Origin: a virus | Lineage: Duplodnaviria; Heunggongvirae; Uroviricota; Caudoviricetes | DNA: 64,000 nucleotides | Virus record (IMG/VR): IMGVR_UViG_2862035965_000001 | Direction: 5' to 3' (one strand) | Program-made: the position numbers and the translations under genes | The notes under the pieces: generated by a model | The model's database searches: none | The model's input: the letters and a program-made list of their open reading frames with translations, nothing else | What the model was told of the DNA's origin: nothing | Shown: one piece after another, positions 28,740-38,823 of the stretch | How positions within the stretch are numbered: the first letter of the stretch is position 1 | How the letters are laid out: each line of letters opens with the position of its first letter

Positions 28740-31700
28740 GGGCCCATGAGAGTTTCTGCACGGTACAACGCATCAATGGGGTCATGCTTTGCCTGCAGAA
28801 TTGACTGTTGCGCTGGTGCAGATGCAGCCATTGCTTCCTTGGTCAGACCTAGGTTGCGGCACAATGCCACCATTTCCTGTTCTTTTTTACCAGCCACACC
28901 GGTAAAGAGCACCTTGATGGCAGTTGCTTTCTGGGAACCCTCATAGTGGCTACGCAGTGCTTGCGCTGTTGGTTGACCTATATCCTTAAAGCCCTGCTCA
29001 GGGTCAGCGCCGATATAGGTGGCATATTCCTTCAGCTTGCCTGGTGAACCTTTCGCGCCCGTTTCAAAGCACTGTGCAACAGAAGACATATGGTTTTCCA
29101 TGCCGTCAAAACGCAGGGTCACCAAACCATCACGGTTGGCAAAAGCCTGTGCATAGTGCTCGTTGAGATCATCCATGTGTGCACGGTTGACCTCTAGTAA
29201 TTCTTCACGGCTAATCTCGCCGGCCTCGTACTCACGCTGGTAGCGGTTAAGCTCAGAGACAATGACCTTCATGTTCTCAGCCATTGCTGGATCATGATGC
29301 TGCGCTACCTGCACATCGAGACTGTCATGCAAGGTCAGCCCATAGAACATCGAGCCGTCCTCCATGCGCTTACCATCACCAAGATCGAGCATATTTGCCT
29401 CAACAGTCAGCCTCGACAGTGCTTCCTCATGCGCCTTTTTCGGCAGATTGCCGACTAGACCCACAGAGTCACCATCGAAGTCACCGTCAAAACTCTTCAC
29501 CGACACTGGGTTAACTGCCACACCATGTAAATCTTCATTGATGACAACTCGCAAATAGCGCACACCACCATCGCGGATCACCGGATCACGCCACACCATC
29601 GCATAACCATTATCGAGGACACCCAACTCTCGTGCCATCGAAGAGTTCATGGCTACTTCATCAACTGCCAGGCGTGGGTCGCCTGTCCACACAGCAGTAG
29701 CGGAGTGTGACTGGCGTGCCGACATGAAGCCATCTTTGAACAGATTGTTCTTGGTCTCAATGCGGCTGGCAACAATATCATTAGCAATCCCGTCAAAGCT
29801 TGCCTGCACCTTTTTCTGTGCCTGATCGACAAACTTCTGTGACTCGCTCAGTCGCTTTTCCGCAGCACGGGGTAACGTGCCATGCTCAGCTTCCTCCTGG
29901 CGCAATGCATCAATCTTGGCTTGCTCTTCTGCCAACTTGTAGCACGTATCAAAAATGGACATGTATCGCGTGGTGTACTCATGTCGAGAGGTACTACCGT
30001 CCGCTAAATCTTCATCACTACGCAGATGCGGGCTGAGCAATGGCAGCTGATACATGCCTGGATTGTTGGGTGATTCTTCCAGCTGTGCGCCATTGCGCAG
30101 CTGCAGCTGAAAGGGAATCTCCATGACGCCACCTGCACGACTGATCTGCTCAACAAAAGCTTCTCGCACCTGTGCGCGATTAACACGATCGTTCAGGTTG
30201 CCGCCCTCATCGTAAATGCTCGGCATTTCGATGACATTGCGCTGCTCATTAGACTCACTGAGTCCCTCACGCAATTCACCATAGGGGGTGACATCAAGAC
30301 CCGTGACCCGCAGATATTCCTGGAAGTTAGACAACGCAGAGACGTTGGTGCCATAAAAGTGCTCCATAATTTCATGGCATTCCTGAGCTTGGAGCACCCA
30401 CGCTAGCTGTGAGGACGCTTTACGCCCCTGACCTTCACGAACAGCGTCTTCGTCATACACATTGGTTTTCGCATCAACAGCCATATGCGTGACGATGAAG
30501 TTGAGATCGCCAGATGCACCCGGCTGCACACGAGTAGAACCGTCATTGTTCCTAAACGTCACATCCTGTGGATCATTCATGAGCTCACGTGCCGTACCAC
30601 CATTAAAACGAGAAATGGCAGAAAACGGACTCATGACAACCTCTAGATCGGGGTTGTCGCGGAAAAACGCCACCTCTGATTCCAGCCCTGCAGCACGTGC
30701 ATCAGCATCACTCATCGCTGGATCAACAACAAGAGCGATCACGCCCTTATTACCGTGGAAGTCAGACAACTTATCACCGGCTACCAGTGGTCGCATCTTA
30801 TCTTCCGTGTCGCGAATAACATGGGTATTCGCAAAATCAGCAGAGACAATAATGCCGTCTTCAAAATTCCAACCATGAAGCTGCGTCATAGCCGTACGTG
30901 CACCACCCGTAACAGCACTAGCCTGCATGATGTTCGAAAACGTCATGTTCTGACGATCATGGGGGTCAAAGCCCATCGCCCACGCCTCAGGATGTGCTGC
31001 AACAGGTACTCGATCAGCCGGGTCACCAGGGGTAATCATGCCATCAGCACCCACCTGCGCAGAGGGCAGCAAATAGCGTACTGAGCCCTGGTTTGCCGCC
31101 ATACCGGTCATCATGGGATCAAAGAACCCTGCGCCGGCATCAACATCAAGCACAGAAATATTGCGCCCACCAGTCAGCACCAGTGCGTCACGAGAGTTAT
31201 CGTTACGCGCATCAAAACCACGCTGCTGTGCCCGAATATCCTCCATCACATTGGCGCCATCACGAATTGAGTTGTCGTAACGCACACGCAAACTCGCAGT
31301 CTCAAGCAACGCAGCGCGCCACTCATCGCTCAAACCTTCTTCAGCACTACGCTCGAAAAAGTCCACTGGGAAGCGATTGTCATACAGTCGCTTATACGCA
31401 CTGTTGATGCTGGTTGTAGCACCCACTCGGGAGCGTTCAGTAAACATCAAATCTTCTCGCACACGGTATGCTAACGCCTCTGACATCACCTGCTCATAGC
31501 CTTTGAGCTTGGTACGCTCTTCTAAACTCTTTGTCTCACTGGGTTTTTGTGGTACCACAGATGCGGTGTAACCAGGGGCGAACATATAGTTCTCGCTACC
31601 ATTAAATTTGGTGACAATTTCACCATGCTCACCGCGAGTAAAAATCTGACCGATCTCGCCTTGCACATGGCGGGTGCGCTCACCGCGAACCTGCCCCTTA

Positions 31701-34246
31701 CTATCTGTGACACGACTATCTTTCGCACCGACACGTCGCTGCGCAGACCACCGGACCACGCCGTTGTCATCAACAGCAATATCAACCACATCAGCACCGT
31801 TGCGAGAAATAGTCTCGGCAATAACGGTGCCGAATCGAGCCAACTGCGGGTCAAGATCCGGGTTGTTAATCATCTTCTGCGCAGTCTCAGGGTTAAATTT
31901 GAGCAGCTGCTGATTAATAACGTCATTATAAAATTCATCACCGCGCAGCTCATCGCCAGTAATCGAAGTTGCTCGCAACGCCGCGATAATATCGTCATGG
32001 TTTGACCACAAAGATTTAGCACTCGGCATGTGCTTCGCCACCGCCACCGGATCAAAACGCAAACCGGTAACCGGATCAGGCTCCACCGTTCCGACATAAT
32101 CGTCAAGAACAAGTGCTGCGTGCGCACGCACACGATCCTCAACAGACGCAGCATTCATTGCTGAGGTCATCGCAGCGATCTGCTCATAATCACCATCGCG
32201 AATTGCAGCCATATAGTCGTCGCGATTGACACCAGGATTAAGCAGGTCGGTCTCTTCTCCACGCAGCATCGCCCAATAGTCCTGCTTTATCGCCATGAGC
32301 ACATCGTCACCGGCAAAAGTTGGCGTGAAATCAGGATCTTCCGCATACTGTGCAGAAAGCGCAATCAGTTCTTCAACGCCAAGCTCCTCAGCCACACGTG
32401 CACGGGTGAGGGCAACACTGTCACTGAGCCATTTCAAGCCACTGTCCTCATCATCAAACCACTTTCCGGGACCAGCACCTCGATCACGTGCATCCTGAGC
32501 GATCGAAAGTCCTTCGCGCACCATAAAAGAGGAACGATTCTTAGTGAAATACGCATCCTGTGCCTGCTCCAACGCACGTGGATGGCGTTCATTAGGTACA
32601 CCAACAAGACCCTTACCATCCTGTCGTTCAACCTCCCGACCGAGAGCAAATTTCACAAGATCGACAACTTCTGCCGGACTTGGCTCATAATCGGTAGCCG
32701 GTGTCCACGTTCCATCACCATTCTCCATGCGCTCACGAGCTCGCAGACGTTCTTCCGCTGTTTGTTCGGCGGAATACTTAATCACAGTGCCAGAATCATA
32801 GACACGACCCACCCACTGTTCATTGGCGCGAGTATCAGTGAGGCGAATATCAATACGGGTGCCCTCAATACGCACTTTGAGCTGCCCCGGCTCACGATCT
32901 GGCTCGATCCTAAAATCCACACCCTCATCGGACAGGTAGGTCAAAATAGCTTCCGAGCGTGCAATACCCTCGTCGGACATGACTTTATTGGGGTCAATTT
33001 TTTGGCTCGCAACATCTGCTGTATCAATCAACCCAGCACGCAACCAGGATGCTGCAGCTCGATATTCTTTCGCCGTCATAAACTGCCCAATATTAGGCAG
33101 TCGCATCTGGTCATTCTCGGTGATGGTACGCCAGGCAATAGCTTCGCCATTGACCCATTGAGTCAGCGGTCGCACACCACCTTTAGTGTCATCTTCTCGG
33201 TGAGTGCCCTCATAGACGTCATTATCCTGCAGATGAATGGTTGCTAGATCAAGATCCCTAATCATGCCAACGCTGTCCTCGGACAGCGACAGCAGCTTGG
33301 TTCCATGCACACGAACTACTTCACGGTCTGACCAGCGTGGATCATAAGGCGAAATAGGTAAACGACGACCACCCAGATCAGGACCCTCAGGCAAACCATT
33401 AGGTCCAATTGCAGCGCCGACCATCTTGTCGAAACGATGACGCAATGCCTGATAGCCCTTTGAGCTTTCACCATCGCGAGCAATCGCATTAAACATAGGT
33501 GCTGCGTGAGGCGCTACCTCAGCAAAGGCAGCATTGACAGAGGCGAAAAATGCCTGAGTACTCCCCCGCTGCTCTACTGGTTCGTAGGCTGCGAGATGCT
33601 CATCAACAAGCGCTCGGATCGCACGGCCATCAGAAGCACTAAGCTGCGACACCCCAGCATTAACGTGTGTACCCCAGGTACCAAACATCTCGACACCTTC
33701 ATAGAAGGCGTATTCCTGAAAATAACTCTCCATCGGATCAATGTCAGGTAGCCCAGCACTTTCTGACTGACGGGCTGATTCTTGTGCAGACACCTGTTCT
33801 GCCTGCGCAGTAGCTTGGTCGCGTTCCTGGAAGATAGCTGCTTGTTCTTGTGCACGCTGTTCAGCTTCAACCTGTGCTTGTAACTGCTGCTGCACCAGCA
33901 CATCATGTGATGTCTTAATAGAGATATAAGACTTTGAGTTAAGTATGTTTTGTCGTGTCACACCAGCAAACTGTGGTCGGTGCACACCGCCATGAGCTTG
34001 AGCATCAGCAGCAAAGGCATCATCGAAAGACGCAAACATGATGGCGCCATAGGTCGCTTCATCATTAAGGTCTAAGCCTTTATTATTTGCTGCGTGCTGG
34101 TTCGCAAAGGCACGTGCCAACTGATAGATACGCGCGGCATCCTGATCGCCCAGTGGAGACTTACCCCAGTGATCTTTTTGACCCCACTCTGAGCGCGCCA
34201 TCTCAAGCGATCGCTCAAAAGCGTGTCGAAATAAAGTTTTGGACAT
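28463..34246 (-). CDS. Single-polypeptide two-barrel RNA polymerase (beta-like and beta-prime-like catalytic domains fused; NCgl1702-like), frameshifted near 28740
   Basis: Beta-like GWNFEDG (~30853-30874) and GDKLSDFHGNKGVI (~30743-30778); beta-prime-like RDPVI and VNP…FDGDFDGD (~29468-29491); GAKGS. Strong GGGAGG RBS. Confidence 0.82.
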   Translation of the reverse strand: MSKTLFRHAFERSLEMARSEWGQKDHWGKSPLGDQDAARIYQLARAFANQHAANNKGLDLNDEATYGAIMFASFDDAFAADAQAHGGVHRPQFAGVTRQNILNSKSYISIKTSHDVLVQQQLQAQVEAEQRAQEQAAIFQERDQATAQAEQVSAQESARQSESAGLPDIDPMESYFQEYAFYEGVEMFGTWGTHVNAGVSQLSASDGRAIRALVDEHLAAYEPVEQRGSTQAFFASVNAAFAEVAPHAAPMFNAIARDGESSKGYQALRHRFDKMVGAAIGPNGLPEGPDLGGRRLPISPYDPRWSDREVVRVHGTKLLSLSEDSVGMIRDLDLATIHLQDNDVYEGTHREDDTKGGVRPLTQWVNGEAIAWRTITENDQMRLPNIGQFMTAKEYRAAASWLRAGLIDTADVASQKIDPNKVMSDEGIARSEAILTYLSDEGVDFRIEPDREPGQLKVRIEGTRIDIRLTDTRANEQWVGRVYDSGTVIKYSAEQTAEERLRARERMENGDGTWTPATDYEPSPAEVVDLVKFALGREVERQDGKGLVGVPNERHPRALEQAQDAYFTKNRSSFMVREGLSIAQDARDRGAGPGKWFDDEDSGLKWLSDSVALTRARVAEELGVEELIALSAQYAEDPDFTPTFAGDDVLMAIKQDYWAMLRGEETDLLNPGVNRDDYMAAIRDGDYEQIAAMTSAMNAASVEDRVRAHAALVLDDYVGTVEPDPVTGLRFDPVAVAKHMPSAKSLWSNHDDIIAALRATSITGDELRGDEFYNDVINQQLLKFNPETAQKMINNPDLDPQLARFGTVIAETISRNGADVVDIAVDDNGVVRWSAQRRVGAKDSRVTDSKGQVRGERTRHVQGEIGQIFTRGEHGEIVTKFNGSENYMFAPGYTASVVPQKPSETKSLEERTKLKGYEQVMSEALAYRVREDLMFTERSRVGATTSINSAYKRLYDNRFPVDFFERSAEEGLSDEWRAALLETASLRVRYDNSIRDGANVMEDIRAQQRGFDARNDNSRDALVLTGGRNISVLDVDAGAGFFDPMMTGMAANQGSVRYLLPSAQVGADGMITPGDPADRVPVAAHPEAWAMGFDPHDRQNMTFSNIMQASAVTGGARTAMTQLHGWNFEDGIIVSADFANTHVIRDTEDKMRPLVAGDKLSDFHGNKGVIALVVDPAMSDADARAAGLESEVAFFRDNPDLEVVMSPFSAISRFNGGTARELMNDPQDVTFRNNDGSTRVQPGASGDLNFIVTHMAVDAKTNVYDEDAVREGQGRKASSQLAWVLQAQECHEIMEHFYGTNVSALSNFQEYLRVTGLDVTPYGELREGLSESNEQRNVIEMPSIYDEGGNLNDRVNRAQVREAFVEQISRAGGVMEIPFQLQLRNGAQLEESPNNPGMYQLPLLSPHLRSDEDLADGSTSRHEYTTRYMSIFDTCYKLAEEQAKIDALRQEEAEHGTLPRAAEKRLSESQKFVDQAQKKVQASFDGIANDIVASRIETKNNLFKDGFMSARQSHSATAVWTGDPRLAVDEVAMNSSMARELGVLDNGYAMVWRDPVIRDGGVRYLRVVINEDLHGVAVNPVSVKSFDGDFDGDSVGLVGNLPKKAHEEALSRLTVEANMLDLGDGKRMEDGSMFYGLTLHDSLDVQVAQHHDPAMAENMKVIVSELNRYQREYEAGEISREELLEVNRAHMDDLNEHYAQAFANRDGLVTLRFDGMENHMSSVAQCFETGAKGSPGKLKEYATYIGADPEQGFKDIGQPTAQALRSHYEGSQKATAIKVLFTGVAGKKEQEMVALCRNLGLTKEAMAASAPAQQSILQAKHDPIDALYRAETLMGPWVIFIKVTRCVEARMSKVAMNGRWSRMTTTSLFRPPRMNGYSSTWRCTPMTRAWVFLLALTRWRRSRKNSLMSRAICVCSATMSCRLRLSH

Positions 34247-34669
34247 AATAAAGTCCTCCCTTTTCTTTATTCTTTTGTCATATCACTAGTGGATATGCGG
34301 ATGTGTGTTATTACATCCATAATCATACTCTAAAACTTAATTGTTTTTAAAGTACTTTTAGAACTAAAAATTAAAGTTGAAAACTTAGGTCTTCAGGTCA
34401 CCGACAACCTCGCTTATGCCTAAAAATTTGTACTCACCCGCCCTTGCGCATTAGGATTCTCTCAGCTAAGACATGTTCACCACGGCACCTAAAAAGACAC
34501 CATCTTGAGCCGCACATTCGTTCACTACATTCACTGAAAAATCTTGTTGACCACTGATAACTAACAAGAAGCGGCAAATATGTGCGGCTTGGCATAAACT
34601 GTGTCAATCGGTACCTGTGTAATAGACACACGGTAAACACGCACAAGATAAAACATTGCGAGATTTTTC

Positions 34670-35761
34670 ATGAGTACAAAACCCACTATTGTGTCCACAT
34701 TTTCTGGTTGTGGTGGTCTTGATCTTGGCCTCCAAGAGGTCGGCTTTGACCCCATTTGGGCCAACGACTTCTCAAAAGAAGCAGTCGAAACCTATAGGCA
34801 CAACATCGGTGACCACATTGTTCACGGTGACATCACTGAGATTGATCCATTTACTGATGACACCATCCCTGACGGCGATCTTGTCACAGGTGGTTTCCCC
34901 TGCCAGGATTTCTCCATGATTTGGAAGCGCCCCGGACTCGACGGCAAGCGTGGCACCCTATACCAAAATTTTCGTGATTTTGTTGCAGCAAAAAAGCCTA
35001 AAGCCTTTATCGCAGAAAACGTCAAGGGACTCCTTACGGCGAACCAACACAAGGCTATTAAGACCATCATCGAAGACCTCGAAGCTGTAGAACCTGGCTA
35101 CATCGTCAAGCCCCGCCTGTACAACTTCGCTGAGTACGGTGTCCCGCAATTCCGTGAACGTGTGCTCATTGTCGGCATTCGTCGTGATACTGGCTTTGAC
35201 TTCAAACACCCCGCCCCCACCCACGGCCCTCGCGGTGACATGCCTTATAAGACTGCCGGCGAAGCGCTCACAGACGTTGAAAAAGTACCCTTCAACAACA
35301 ACCACATGAAGATCATGCCTCGCACCATTGAAGTGCTTAAGCGCATCCCTGAGGGTGAGAACTTCACGGCTATCCCCAAGGATGACCCTTTCTACGTCAA
35401 GGGCATGATTAGCCACGTTTACCGTCGCTTGCACCGTGATGAGCCGTCCAAAACCCTTATCGCCGGTGGCGGCGGGGGTACATGGGGATACCATTATGAG
35501 GAAAATCGAGCATTGACCAACCGCGAGCGGGCTAGAATTCAATCGTTCCCCGATGACTTTGAGTTTTTGGGATCAAACACTGAAGTCCGCCGCCAAATCG
35601 GTAATGCGGTCCCTCCTGTGGGTATGCACGCTGTGGGTGAACGACTGATGAACTTGTACACCGGGAATTACACCCCCGTCGATCTAGAGGAACAGCACGC
35701 GTACTTGCAGACGCTCACCATTAAGGAACGTCTCGCGCTGGCTGATCAGGAAGCTGATTAA
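34670..35761 (+). CDS. cglIM: C5-cytosine DNA methyltransferase M.CglI
   Basis: FSGCGG (motif I), GGFPCQDFS (IV), AENVKG (VI), QFRERV (VIII), RERARIQSFPD and QIGNAVPP (IX-X). Confidence 0.95.
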   Translation: MSTKPTIVSTFSGCGGLDLGLQEVGFDPIWANDFSKEAVETYRHNIGDHIVHGDITEIDPFTDDTIPDGDLVTGGFPCQDFSMIWKRPGLDGKRGTLYQNFRDFVAAKKPKAFIAENVKGLLTANQHKAIKTIIEDLEAVEPGYIVKPRLYNFAEYGVPQFRERVLIVGIRRDTGFDFKHPAPTHGPRGDMPYKTAGEALTDVEKVPFNNNHMKIMPRTIEVLKRIPEGENFTAIPKDDPFYVKGMISHVYRRLHRDEPSKTLIAGGGGGTWGYHYEENRALTNRERARIQSFPDDFEFLGSNTEVRRQIGNAVPPVGMHAVGERLMNLYTGNYTPVDLEEQHAYLQTLTIKERLALADQEAD

Positions 35762-35769
35762 GTAGATAT

Positions 35770-36843
35770 ATGAAGCCCACCGTTAATGTTGTGTTCAATG
35801 CGCATCGACCTAACGATACGCAGCCGTTGGATAAGTTCTTTGATAAAGAACTCAAAGACACGCATCATCTCGATATAACGGTGGGCTATATCAGTGAGAA
35901 ATCACTGCGGTATTTGCGCGATATTCTCGAAGAAAAGACCAACATCACCGCCAACCTCACGTGTGGAATGCACGCTTGTGAAGGCATGACTGCCCCGCAA
36001 TTACATTACGCACGTGAATTACACACGTTCCTCAGTAACAACAATCGTGGCGGAGTTTTCGTACTTCCTCGCCTGCGATACCACGGTAAAATTTATCTTT
36101 TTCACCAACGCACAGCGCCAGATCCAAAAGCATATATCGGCAGTGCAAATCTCTCGGCCATCATTCCCGGCCACGCATCAACTTTCGAGACCGGTGTCAT
36201 GCTTGACCCCGCGCCTACCGAACTCATCCAACATCTTCAACGTGATGTTGAGCCGCTTAAAGTACCCATCGACGAATATCACGTCCCCATTGTCGCTGAT
36301 CAAAACGCCCTGATGCGGGGCGTGTCCAGGGCTGCACCAATGTCAACGTCCCATGTCGTTGCAGTCATGTCTAGCCCTGCTCAATACACCTTTGATCTTC
36401 CGCTAAAAGCCCACCCAAAAAGCAGCCTCAACGCTCACCTTGGCGGTGACGGTGGGCGAATGCAAAAAACCGGACGAAGACTTTCCCGCAAATGGTATGA
36501 GGGTGAGCTCATTGTTGATGAGAAATATCGCGATCTGCCTGGATACCCACAAAAAGGAGTGCCATTTACAGTCATCACTGATGATGGATGGACTTTTGAA
36601 TGCAAGACCAGCGGTGACGGTGGTAAAAATCTTCGAAGTGTTGGCAGTCTTGAGACCTTCGGTGCCTGGATGAAGTCACGGCTTATCGACGCCGGTGCAC
36701 TTGAGTTCGGTGAAACGGCCACCGAAAAAAACATCGAACGATTTGGACGATCCCATCTCACAATGAAGTACCACCCCGACTACAATGTCTGGTCATTCGA
36801 TCTCAGCACTATTACGCCAATCCACCACACTGAACAGGACTAG
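35770..36843 (+). CDS. cglIR: PLD-family restriction endonuclease subunit R.CglI (NgoFVII-like)
   Basis: HGKIY…YIGSANLS (HKD/PLD motif) and a C-terminal DNA-recognition domain; directly after the methylase. Confidence 0.9.
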   Translation: MKPTVNVVFNAHRPNDTQPLDKFFDKELKDTHHLDITVGYISEKSLRYLRDILEEKTNITANLTCGMHACEGMTAPQLHYARELHTFLSNNNRGGVFVLPRLRYHGKIYLFHQRTAPDPKAYIGSANLSAIIPGHASTFETGVMLDPAPTELIQHLQRDVEPLKVPIDEYHVPIVADQNALMRGVSRAAPMSTSHVVAVMSSPAQYTFDLPLKAHPKSSLNAHLGGDGGRMQKTGRRLSRKWYEGELIVDEKYRDLPGYPQKGVPFTVITDDGWTFECKTSGDGGKNLRSVGSLETFGAWMKSRLIDAGALEFGETATEKNIERFGRSHLTMKYHPDYNVWSFDLSTITPIHHTEQD

Positions 36844-36844
36844 T

Positions 36845-38743
36845 ATGAGCGCACCATCACATCTTGAAATTTATACTCAAAGCATCAAAGACAATCCAGA
36901 CCTCAATACCAAAGTCACACAAACTATCAACGCTTTCAACGAAACAGTTTTAGCGGACTACGATTATTTTGGTGATCGGCAGGTACTTCTTTACGGTGAT
37001 GTCCAAAGTGGTAAAACGTCACACATGCTGGGTATTGTCGCTGACTGTTTAGACAAAAACTTCAACACAATTATCATTCTCACCTCGCCTAATATTCGTC
37101 TCGTACAACAAACCTATGACCGTGTATTCCAGTCTTTTTCCAACGTACTAGTGTGCGACAAAGATGACTTTAACGACTTCCGAGCTAATCAAAACCGAAC
37201 CATTCCTCAAAAGTCAATCATCGTCATAGGAAAAATCCCGGCTGTGCTTGATAAGTGGATAGAGACTTTTGATCAAACACAAGCCCTTAGTGGGAACCCT
37301 GTACTCATCATTGATGATGAGGCGGACGCAACAAGCCTTAACACTAAAGTAAACAAAAACGAAGTATCCACCATCAATGACAACCTCAGAAGCATCCGTG
37401 AACTTGCTACTGGATGCGTCTATCTTCAGGTGACAGGCACACCCCAGGCTGTACTTCTACAAACCATCGAAAGCGGTTGGACTGCCGAACAAGCGCTGCA
37501 TTTCGCTCCCGGTGATAAATACATCGGTGGATCACAATTTTTCAACGAATTCCCTAGCCCCTACACCCGACTATTCGCAAACACAGAACAAGATGAGCAT
37601 CGCCACCTTATTGACGCTGTACACACATTTATGTTGACAGCAGCGATGTTCAAGATCAACGGTGAGACCCTGTGCAACATGCTGGTGCATCCCAGCCACA
37701 CCGGTGCAATGCACGATGATTACAGCACCAATGTGAAAGCAATTATCGCAGATACATTCTCTCGTTTTGATGAGCTCGAAATTCAACAGTCTTTAAGACA
37801 GTCCTATGAGCAAATCTGCCAAACATATACCGAGGCACCGTCATTAAAGACCACCCTTGGCGTTGTGAAATTCATGGAAAAGGATTTCAACACCTACATC
37901 ATTAACAGCAAAAATAAGACAGACGAATCTGATTGGGCTAGTGGTTACAACATTGTCATCGGTGGTAACTCCCTTGGACGTGGCTTAACATTCGACAACT
38001 TACAAACCGTTTTCTACGTGCGCGAATCCAAGCGACCACAGGCAGACACCCTGTGGCAGCACGCCCGCATGTTTGGCTACAAACGCCACAAAGACACCAT
38101 GCGCGTGTTCATGCCGGCCACTATTGCTCAAACCTTCCAAGAGGTCTATCTCGGCAACGAAGCTATTAAAAATCAGCTCGATCATGGCACGCATATCAAC
38201 GACATTCGAGTCATTTTAGGTGATGGTGTCGCACCTACTCGTGGCAATGTTCTCGACAAACGCAAAGTTGGAAAACTCAGCGGTGGTGTCAACTACTTTG
38301 CTGCTGATCCTAAAATCAAGAATCTCGAAGCGCTCGACAACAAACTCTTGGCCTACTTGGACAAGCACGGTGAGGACTCCACCATCGGTATGCGGGCGAT
38401 GATCACCATTCTCAACGCCTTTACTGTAGACCCCAACGACCTCGATCTCGCTACATTCAAAGCCGCACTCCTTGACTTTGAGCGCAACCAACCTCATCTC
38501 ACAGCGCGTATAGTGCTGCGAACAAACCGTAAGGTCAATCAGGGTACAGGTGCCCTGCTCTCCCCTACTGACCAAGCACTCAGCCGTGAAGAAGTCACAC
38601 ACCCATTATTGATCCTGTACCGCATTGAAGGTGTTAACGATGCTGCTGCGCAAAGAGGTGAACCTACATGGTCAAGCGATCCTATTTGGGTCCCAAACAT
38701 TAAGCTGCCGGGTCAACGTCAATTCTGGCGCGTAGACAACTAA
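36845..38743 (+). CDS. cglIIR: Helicase/Z1-domain subunit H.CglI
   Basis: GDVQSGKT, IIDDEAD, QVTGTPQ, IGGNSLGRGLT, DTLWQHARMFGY (Z1). Start placed at ATG 36845 (632 aa). Confidence 0.9.
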   Translation: MSAPSHLEIYTQSIKDNPDLNTKVTQTINAFNETVLADYDYFGDRQVLLYGDVQSGKTSHMLGIVADCLDKNFNTIIILTSPNIRLVQQTYDRVFQSFSNVLVCDKDDFNDFRANQNRTIPQKSIIVIGKIPAVLDKWIETFDQTQALSGNPVLIIDDEADATSLNTKVNKNEVSTINDNLRSIRELATGCVYLQVTGTPQAVLLQTIESGWTAEQALHFAPGDKYIGGSQFFNEFPSPYTRLFANTEQDEHRHLIDAVHTFMLTAAMFKINGETLCNMLVHPSHTGAMHDDYSTNVKAIIADTFSRFDELEIQQSLRQSYEQICQTYTEAPSLKTTLGVVKFMEKDFNTYIINSKNKTDESDWASGYNIVIGGNSLGRGLTFDNLQTVFYVRESKRPQADTLWQHARMFGYKRHKDTMRVFMPATIAQTFQEVYLGNEAIKNQLDHGTHINDIRVILGDGVAPTRGNVLDKRKVGKLSGGVNYFAADPKIKNLEALDNKLLAYLDKHGEDSTIGMRAMITILNAFTVDPNDLDLATFKAALLDFERNQPHLTARIVLRTNRKVNQGTGALLSPTDQALSREEVTHPLLILYRIEGVNDAAAQRGEPTWSSDPIWVPNIKLPGQRQFWRVDN

Positions 38744-38767
38744 GTCTCACGCTATCACCAAAAACAC

Positions 38768-38807
38768 ACAAACACCGCTGTGGAATACTTTCCACAGCGG
38801 TGTTTGT
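38768..38807. terminator. Bidirectional terminator
   Basis: Perfect 18-bp stem ACAAACACCGCTGTGGAA-TACT-TTCCACAGCGGTGTTTGT between convergent genes. Confidence 0.85.
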
Positions 38808-38823
38808 TATCTCTCAACTACAA

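Noticed and set aside
34510-34525. Possible SOS box upstream of cglIM (GCAC-ATTC-GTTC)
   Set aside because: Only a partial core match with poor flanks; cannot be supported from sequence alone.
36785-36844. Longer 652-aa start for cglIIR in the ORF track
   Set aside because: It overlaps the cglIR 3' end; ATG 36845, two bases after the cglIR stop, is the more natural coupled start.
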